Positions 54,301 through 64,000 of a stretch of 64,000 bases of DNA are shown piece by piece. The translations under genes were made by a program, and so were the position numbers. Under the pieces are notes generated by a model. The model did no database searches. It saw only the letters and a list, made by a program, of their open reading frames with translations, and was not told where the DNA came from. Position 1 is the first letter of the stretch. Each line of letters begins with the position of its first letter. This stretch comes from Trichoplax sp. H2 (Eukaryota), in assembly GCA_003344405.1 (NCBI GenBank), contig NOWV01000002.1:1302001-1366000 (forward strand), read 5' to 3'.

Positions 54301-55242
54301 TACTTTTTCCGTGTAAGAGTTATGATGCTGACTTCATTTTTAAGAACTGCAGAAAAAAAAATAGCATAAGGTCTAAAACAAAAAGGCAAATAGTAGCCTA
54401 TGTATTTATCAATGATGTTATCTGTATACGAATACAGTGAATATAAGTGGACAACTTCATTATTTTACTGTAAATTATGATCGATACGGTGGCCAAAAAG
54501 GAATAATAATGATTATTATCATGTTTGAAATTTCGAAATGATATGTGTGATATTCAACTAGATAGGATGTGAAGAACAATAAACATTATCCTATGCATTA
54601 AGACTACAGTAAAACATTGAACAATAACAGTATTAACTTAATAGTAGAGGTTAACTTGATATAAAATTGAAAACAAGATATCGTTAAAGGGTTCAAAAGT
54701 TTTGTTGTTGACACTCTCTTACTATTTGAAGCTATCGATGTAGATTAATGAGCAATGAGATCAAATGGATGAATACGTAGCGAGTAATTTATTTCATGGA
54801 TCTCCCTCTAACGAGGACAGCAAGAGGAAATTATTAGTGGCTCAATGGGTGATTGATGATATTTACATGTCTATCGACTATCGTACTACGAGGAATGTCG
54901 TTTTAGATGTAGTAGAATCAGTTTTTAATTCAAATTCGTTGGATGGAAAAGTAGTTGTAACAAGACATGATCATGATATCTCCTAATAATAATTCATTAA
55001 TCTCTACATCAACTTACGCTAAATTCGGATGAGCTATTATGATTTAAAATTGAAAAGCCGCTTCGGTTGTTCGAATCCAGTGTTAGCGACTTATTGGAGC
55101 GGTCATTCATGACGGAAATTGAAGACATTCTCTTCGGTGGCAGAGGTGGAGGAATGCCAGTACGAGATAGATTCGTGTCCATCTTGATGGAACGTGGGAA
55201 CGTCCTTGATGGCAAACAATATGCTGTACTTGTCGAATACAT
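39372..55242 (-). CDS. TJP1: ZO-1 / tight junction protein (MAGUK: PDZ1-PDZ2-PDZ3-SH3-GuK, long low-complexity region, ZU5), multi-exon
   Basis: PDZ1 GFAVTGGIDNP..IIVKEVLKGGPADGKLR (49055-49182); PDZ2 about 47465-48126; PDZ3 IAGGNDVGIFVA (46657-46810); SH3 GDSFYIRCNFDY..ELTFKKGEIFHVRDTMYNG..SWQA..GIIPNQAR; GuK FVRPVVILGPIADV; giant exon 40715-43209; ZU5 TVLATAHGVFTSAGGTL..IIIPPGAIPEG..LLSPLVMCGP (39631-39980); C-terminus ISIHIDHF* matches ZO-1 IDHF. Putative first exon 55018-55242 (or from the ATG at 55182) is phase-compatible with the exon at about 49472-49522. Confidence 0.93.
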
Positions 55243-56974
55243 TCTTCCGTTAACGGTATCAACTTTCCGATTAACCGATCTCGATGGCTAAATGATTTTA
55301 GCTATCGATGACTGCGATATACCTCTAGAGTATATTTCTTTCTTATTATTTTTAAAGTTGAAATTCAGTTATAAGATATATCTTGAAGAAATTGAGCGTC
55401 TAAAATTGATGAAAAGGTTAGAAAATGCGTGATTTTGCCAGAGTTTCAAGTTGTTGTAAATAATGTCAATACTTTTCTCTCCACGATGATTACGTTGGTT
55501 TCCTCATTCAACTTCGATCAATATTAAAGCCGTTAGCAATCCCATCTACGCTGTACTATTGCATGAAGATAATGAATATCTTGGATAACGATTGAGCAAT
55601 ATTGCTCAACGTGTAGAATGACTTGCTGAAATTGAGGGTTAGGATGGCGAATGGAAGCTTTGGTACGACACAACTCAATTTCTGGTTGTATAATTTTGCG
55701 TCTCTTCAAATTACCCTATTGTTTGAACCGTAGCTAAGATAATTCCAAGCTAGATTACAACTGCTGTAGTAGTAATGGTGACAAATAAAGTTGACAAAGA
55801 AGATGAATACGCATGTAATGTTTGAAAGGTTTGAACTACAAACAAATTCTATACAATTGAGCTAGGATTGCATATTTTTCCTCCTTATATTGACGACTAC
55901 TATGTATACTTTGTTCGTTCTCCCAGCAGATACAAACAATATTAGCGAAAAAGATCCTGCTATCATCCAATTTCAATGACACATCATGTACTATAACCAA
56001 CTGATGACGATGGCCTATTGACACATTTAAAGAATCGACTACCTATTGTCAATATTAACGGTAGGCTATTTGAATAACCAATGAATGATAGCCATAAATT
56101 ATTTAAACAAAACCTAATTAATAATAGAACAGCGTCGCATGCTTCAAAATAGATCATCATTTGTTACTTCAACTGATGTAATTAAATTGGCAAGTTTAAT
56201 TACCACTTGTAGCCTAAAAAATGACAGTTTAACTCTGTTATATTGACAGTACATTATGGTAAGTGACTGCATAGTTTACCAAGACCATTTCTGCAACTTA
56301 CAATGCGATGCGGCAATATGGCTTTAATCATCGTACAGAAAGGCTACTGTAGAACAAGCAGTCTTTTAAGCTATTAGTGTAGAATAATTGTACTGTAAAT
56401 GAGCCTCTTGAAATCCACATATTGTAAGATATTTAACAACATATCATTTTGCCTTTTTTATGTCAGATGATGACAGCTTGTTGACGGGAGAATTAAACTC
56501 TACGAAGAGTTGGCGTACGATGATGGTATGCAATAGTAGCCATCATGGGCTTATTGCAAAACTGTAACAACGACGTACATTCACAATAATTACAAAAATT
56601 GGCTTATGATAGGAAATAGAAATCTTTAAAGTATGATTACCAGGATATCGACAATGTACACTTAAAAATCATCGTAGTTATGTACAAAGAATGGAAGGAT
56701 AAAAGAGGTGTGGCAAGATAATTCGTGACAAAAGTAACATTTATATTACAAGTTTAGAATATTGCTTGCATAACAAAATTTTTAGCCAATAAGCTCGCGA
56801 TATAAGCTCAATGATGAAATTCCATTGCTAGATTAGATTAAGTAAAAGTTGATTAAATCTTACAAAGTCTTGCAAATATGGTAATTATATAAGGATAAGC
56901 CAACTGTCGACTACATCCAATAGTAAAGCATTACATCATTTCATCTTTTGGTAAAGACAGTTATGATTTCTAAA

Positions 56975-59401
56975 TTAAAATTTCTCTGACGTTCTATCAG
57001 CGACACGTCTCATTTGGCCATATACCTTAGAAGGAGGGCTCCCTAGAAAGTAATCAGAAAAATGCCATAAATCGATCCACACTAAAGAGTTTCAGATTTC
57101 TTAGGTTATTACTGGCAAAATTTTACGTCAGATTCAATTCTAAGTTTGTAATCAATTATCGCTACTTCTAAATACTGCCAATGCAATCTATCGATGCTAG
57201 ACGATAACACAGTTTGTGTTTTCTTACTATTAGGTACGAATTCACTACAAGGCGATCAAAAATTACCTAAAATTAAATTGCAAATCGCTGTTTTCGCCAT
57301 TCTTATATTTTGGAATGATCCCAATATATGAATTTTACTGAAAGATAATAAATAAAAAAGTTTTCAGAACGTATTGAGTCATAGTAGATATGCTAACAAA
57401 ATATATTTAGAAACGATAAAAATTAGAACATTCTCCGTAGCTTAATGGCAAAACTAAAGCTTGTACAGCTTACAAAGGGTATTTCTGCATGAATTTGTAC
57501 ATAAACGAATAAGTTTGTATTTAGAGTAAAATGCTGGTATTCACAACATTCTACAGTATAAAAATATATTTATATATTACATATACATTACCTGTCAGCA
57601 AGAACAATTCGTGTTTTCGTAACATTTTCGATGGTAAATTTAGTCTTGCCACCACTGCCAGCAATTCTACCTATAGCTCGGGATAAGTGGTCACCTTTCA
57701 GAGGCTTGACTAGAGAAAGAGAAATAGTATAACAGCGCTAATGTCAAATGATTGATTAACGAAAAATTTCTGTGACATTGTAATAAGAATTAATCAACAT
57801 AAGCTATTTCAGTAGCAATAGATTAGGAAAATTCTAGTTGATTTCCTTACCATCAGTAACTTCGAATGAATCGATATATAGATCATCTAATCGGATTAGA
57901 GCTAAAGCATCCTAAATGAGAGATAAGAGTCTATTAGTCACTACGATGATATCATTCCATACTTGCAGTTCTCTATCCTAGAAACTTTAGGCCGCCATTT
58001 ACTGTACCTCTACTGCGAATCCTAATACAAAAGCTTGAACAAAATCAGCAGCTTTTTGTATAGCGTTAAGGTCAGTTGTTTCTGAACCCGTCTACATAGA
58101 AGAATGGTAATACTTTAATTAATATTCGAGCAAATGCACCATTTTTGGGTTAAGCAAAGCTAAGTATAGATTAATAATTTATTCTCTTAACTGTAACAAA
58201 AGTATTCTATCCACTAAACAAGTACAGAAATATGTTGTAGATTTAAAACATTTTTTCGATATGGAATTAAGATGAACATGTATACTGACATCAAATATAT
58301 ACGAGAGTTATGTAAGGTGAGAGCAGTTGTTCTAGTCACAATCGATAACAACTAACGTGAATACAACCTTGATCTCAACATTTCTTGTCTTCAGATTAAA
58401 TCGAATTTGTAGCTTCAACTTTTCGACAACTGGCGTATAGATGTTCACCCAATTGTCCTTCAGAGGTGTATAACGATGTGATGGTATAGCTAATTTTCGT
58501 AATTGCCTGTTTACCTGCCAACGTGAGTCGATTTCATTGAATACAAAGTTAGTATTTCATACTTTTAGGGAAATGACTTGTTACTACAATTTGCCTAGGT
58601 TAATACTTGATGTTGTATTTTGTTGCTGTTAAATTAGAATGACTATCTAGGTCAGTGTCTATACTGTACTGTATAACCTATGAAGACTGGAGAAGACCCA
58701 AGAAGGCTCTACTAATGTAGACTATCATGAATTACTCATGCAAAAGTCGAGAAACGAGGCTCAATCACGCTGGGATATATTTTATGTTTCAAAGTTTTTA
58801 ACAATGTACAATATCACTTTATATTCAACTGCAGTAGCCATTGTATGCTCTATTTCTTCTACTATGTCATTGTGAATGGTAGCGATATTGGGTTAATGAT
58901 TATGGAATTTATACGCGTACACATTGAATTCAAGCAATTCATAGCATACGAGAATGCTCTACAGTAATACGTTCATTCATTTTTCTCTTATTGCAATTAT
59001 TGTAGAGGATAGTATATAGCATAGCCACTACGCTTGTGACGTTAGCATTTCATTTGACGGAATGATTAGCAAACCGTAAGCTTATTATAGATTGCATGAT
59101 AAGTTATTTGAAAGAACAGATATTAAAGCAGTTGATGTCAACTTATGACCAATGGTAAGCTATAAGCTACTAAAATAGTACAGCAATGGAATGCAAGCTA
59201 GCAAGTAATTCATCTCTCTCTCTCTACCTTGGATTTTCCAGGTTTTAATGGCGGAAATTTCGGTCTATTGGAAGGATCAACAGTAAATGAGGATACTTCT
59301 GAATCTTGGTGGCCTCTCTTCTTTCCTTGTATCATGCTTTCCATTTCCGATGGCGAAGCTATTTGATCATTTGCATTGCTTTGCAGATTGTCGGCCATCA
59401 T
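56975..59401 (-). CDS. PNO1: RNA-binding protein PNO1/Dim2 (KH domain, 40S ribosome biogenesis), 7 exons
   Basis: Exons about 59228-59401, 58368-58514, 58008-58091, 57851-57911, 57592-57709, 57267-57337 and 56975-57042. Motifs: [93 protein letters not shown]. Confidence 0.96.
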
Positions 59402-59968
59402 TGCAATCGATCATCGGCACTTGTACAGGAACTATCACGTGGGATTGTAGCAAGAGTTGGTCATTTTCGACTCAGTGGTAGGGTTAGAGCTCAGACACGA
59501 CAGCGTCGATAGGGTAAAACACTCGTTCTGGTATGAATTTGTTGAGAACATGCGCAACCATGACGCGTACTGTACCGTACCGTGAACGTCTAGCATGGAC
59601 TGCAGTGTGTACTGAGTCTGTGCAGTACGGTACTGTATTGTACTGTACAGTGTACAGTGTACACTCACAGGTCTAGTACTGTACACTGTATATCATATAT
59701 ACAGTATGGTTTATCATTGAACATAATTTATGAAGAAATTAGACGTCGTATGTAGATTTTAACTACAAAATCTTGTTATTCAACTCTTTCTCTATCGATT
59801 GATGTATTACTTGCTCACTTTCCGAAATTTATTTGTTTTTGGATGTTAAAATTTAAAATTTATCGGCTAAAATTCCTTAGACATACTGTACTGTACAGTG
59901 TACAGTACAGTATACTGTGTACTCTCGACGATGCAGTCCGTCCAAGTCCAACCCAGACACCCTACCAG

Positions 59969-60067
59969 GTTGCCTAGTAGGGTCCTAGTCGAACCCTAGG
60001 AGGCTTGCGCAAGCCGCTTTTGTCACTCTGGAGCTGTAGAAACTGGTTGCTAGGAAACGTTAGCAAC
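59969..60067 (+). promoter_or_regulatory. RFX X-box motifs upstream of ROPN1L, within the PNO1/ROPN1L divergent promoter
   Basis: GTTGCTAGGAAAC at 60046-60058 fits the X-box consensus and is followed by the half-site TAGCAAC. A weaker GTTGCCTAGTAGG lies at 59969-59981. A probable non-coding exon ends at the donor AAG|GTAAAA at 60234. Confidence 0.6.
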
Positions 60068-61020
60068 CTCTTCTAACAATCTACTACAACAACGACACAG
60101 TCGTATAGTTTGCCCAACTTCACTACATCGCGTTATTGTAGATTGTTGTTCAATTCGATACCGCAATCTCTTGCTGCAACAATTCTTGCCATCAACTATC
60201 TTCTTTCTCCTTGACCTGGCGTCTACTAATAAGGTAAAAATTATGACTAATGGATTAAACAGAATGCGGTATGATCTAGGTATTAGTTTAGGCTTCCAAT
60301 TCGACGGATATCGTGTATTATAACTGAGAGGTAGAATAACTTCATGCTTGATTATTTCGTTGTACGATTGCAGATTGCCAAAATGATATAGATACCAGCA
60401 TATGTAGATACGCATACTCGATTTCATAGGCTTGTCATCGTCGTATTGTTGATCCCTTTCTAACAGTTTATAATTGCGCGTAAGATGATAACGGGATAAA
60501 ATCAATCTCAACGACTATGTAAAACATCATTTATTTAAGATAGTCAATCAAATTTACAGTATTATTGCAATTCTGACCATCATAATGCCCTCCATAACGG
60601 CGAATGCGAACCTTACCAATTTAGATTCATTTTAAAAGTGGTAGAAAAGATATATAGCTTATCATTATTAGAATATCTATACAGGAGAGTTCATTTACGC
60701 ATTGGTAATCTTAGCTATTTTCCGACTAAATACAAAATTAGTCATGTTGGCTTACATCTTTTACATAACACAATATCGGTAACCATTTAATATGTATCCA
60801 CTTGGGATTCTTAAGTGCAGTAACTTTGAAGTCATTCTAATTTATAAGCAAATCCGCTGCAACAGAAGGTTGATCTTGATGCATTGTATCACTAAAATGG
60901 AAAATAACTCTGACATATTCAACAGATTCTAACCATTTTGCTAATGTTTAAACTATAAAAACATTCTTACAGGGCACAATTTAACCATTTCTCGATACCT
61001 CACCTGTAAATATAAAATAG

Positions 61021-62255
<1,235 letters not shown>

Positions 62256-64000
62256 TATAGCTAGGATGATTAATTAATAATTAGTTAATACGAACGGTAT
62301 CAAACGTCGCTAATACACCTTGTAACAGAGATTCATTACCATATGATACCTTGCATGTTGATAATGATGTGTTGGCATTTGCAAAGGAATTGATACATAT
62401 TGTACTTAATCACTAATTTATGTGTATTAGGAACATTAACTACATATCTATGACTATATAGATTGTACCGCACATATAATTAGCCTTCTGAATGTACTAG
62501 AAAAATTTTAAAGATTTCATATTAAGCTACATTATAAATGATGTACGAAAACATACGTCTATAAATAATAGTAATTATAAAGCTTAACATTAACTTTCAA
62601 GTGATATTTAGTTCCTTGATAATTCTTACTACTCTAGAACAGTATTACATATCATTTTTATTTAATTTGATGTAAGAGTATCAAGAGTTTAGAAATGCTC
62701 TATTATCTACAGTACCATGGAGCAAATTAAGTTCTTCACCAGGTCGTAGAATAAATGAGCTACACCACCCTATTAAGAGTAACTTTACCAGCTAATGTTT
62801 AAACATAGCTCGTCATAAGTAGTATAGATTAAAAGATCAAATGCATTGTACTAATGCATAAATTATATAATTTATACAACTCACAACATTTTCGCTTTTT
62901 CAAGAAATTGTCTACTTATTCGAATCATAATGAGTCGCAGGTACTTTTTAAATATATGTAACAATTGATGTAAATAAAGTACCCATCTTACAAAAAAAGA
63001 GCTTCGAATTATTTTATCGATATAATAATGTTACGGTCAATCCCGGGAATCGGTCATTCCCCGGGAAAGATCGAATCCGTTGGTTATTCCCCTGCATATA
63101 TATTCTATTACAGCGATGCTTACGTTATACACGTAGGGTGATTATAACGATTTATTAGCTTAGCCTTATGATTATGATTATATAACCATCAGTTTTTATA
63201 CCTTGTGAATATTGATTGGGACATAAATATGATCGATAAGTATTATCAAAATTATAGTCTAAGCTTTATTGAGTGTGTCCACATTTAAGTCTCTGTGTGT
63301 AAATAAAAGCGCTTCTAGAATAAATATTACGCCTCCTCGTAAAATAATTTACAAGATTAAACATTAAATTTGATAAGGTAGCTTTCGTGAATAATATTAA
63401 TTTTGAGGCTTAGGAATGCAATTATATCTATTAGGGATTTAGTGCGAAATGTGCTTGTATAATATATGAATTTTATAAATTTTAGTAGCCTACCTTCCGA
63501 GCGATATGAAATTTGATAAATTAACGATAATTCACTCACATATCAGTTATTAGTAGAATAATCAATGATTGATTAGATTACGTACTTTAATACCTTATTC
63601 AGTCTTTATCTTGTTTCAGTAGTATAGATTTTGGTTGTAATGATGTTATATCTGGATTTTATAAACTTGTGTGCATTTAGTAAAATTATATATGAAATAT
63701 TCTCAGGAAATTTCCTTATCAATAGTAATACTTAAATAGGCATCATGTGATAGTTCAATTTTTTCCATATATTTCTTTTTACGTCTATACTTTATCAGCT
63801 CCGCGTACTTTTATATCTCAATGATAAAAAGTATTCATTACGGCTGCGTATATTGTTATTTGAGGCGTTACATCGTATGCTAACATATGTCAAACTATCG
63901 CGCTAAATTTGGAAAAATTAAAATGTGCCAATGTTTAAAACTGACACATGCTACAAAAAATTTCAGTGGATAATTTATCATCGAATGCTTTGCTGCTATC

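Noticed and set aside
55592..55609. 18-bp palindrome TTGAGCAATATTGCTCAA upstream of ZO-1
   Set aside because: Real but isolated; no supporting context for a function.
60050..60511. 153-aa minus-strand ORF
   Set aside because: Non-ATG start, no recognisable domain, and antisense to the probable ROPN1L leader exon.
63040..63067. GC-rich imperfect hairpin TCCCGGGAAT..ATTCCCCGGGA
   Set aside because: Too short to call an element end or terminator without a partner copy.

Overview
This is AT-rich, intron-rich eukaryotic (animal) genomic DNA with mostly short GT-AG introns. The compact architecture and gene content suggest an early-branching metazoan such as the placozoan Trichoplax; this is inference and was not tested. 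Seven spliced protein-coding genes could be assembled by hand: HAO-family 2-hydroxyacid oxidase (-), MCC/USHBP1-family coiled-coil protein (-), A20/AN1 zinc finger ZFAND5/6 (+), membrane M1 aminopeptidase of the ENPEP type (-), ZO-1/TJP1 MAGUK (-), PNO1 (-) and ROPN1L (+). MCC/ZFAND and PNO1/ROPN1L are head-to-head pairs. I found no rRNA, tRNA, CRISPR array or transposase. The most unusual non-coding signals are two abutting near-perfect hairpins in a ZFAND intron, a small TIR-bounded branched fold, degenerate tandem arrays upstream of the aminopeptidase, dense TACAGTA/TACTGTA clusters at promoter regions, and RFX X-boxes in front of the ciliary gene ROPN1L. I cannot claim a demonstrated new biological system; the findings are leads. 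Exon coordinates were read by eye and may be off by a few bases.
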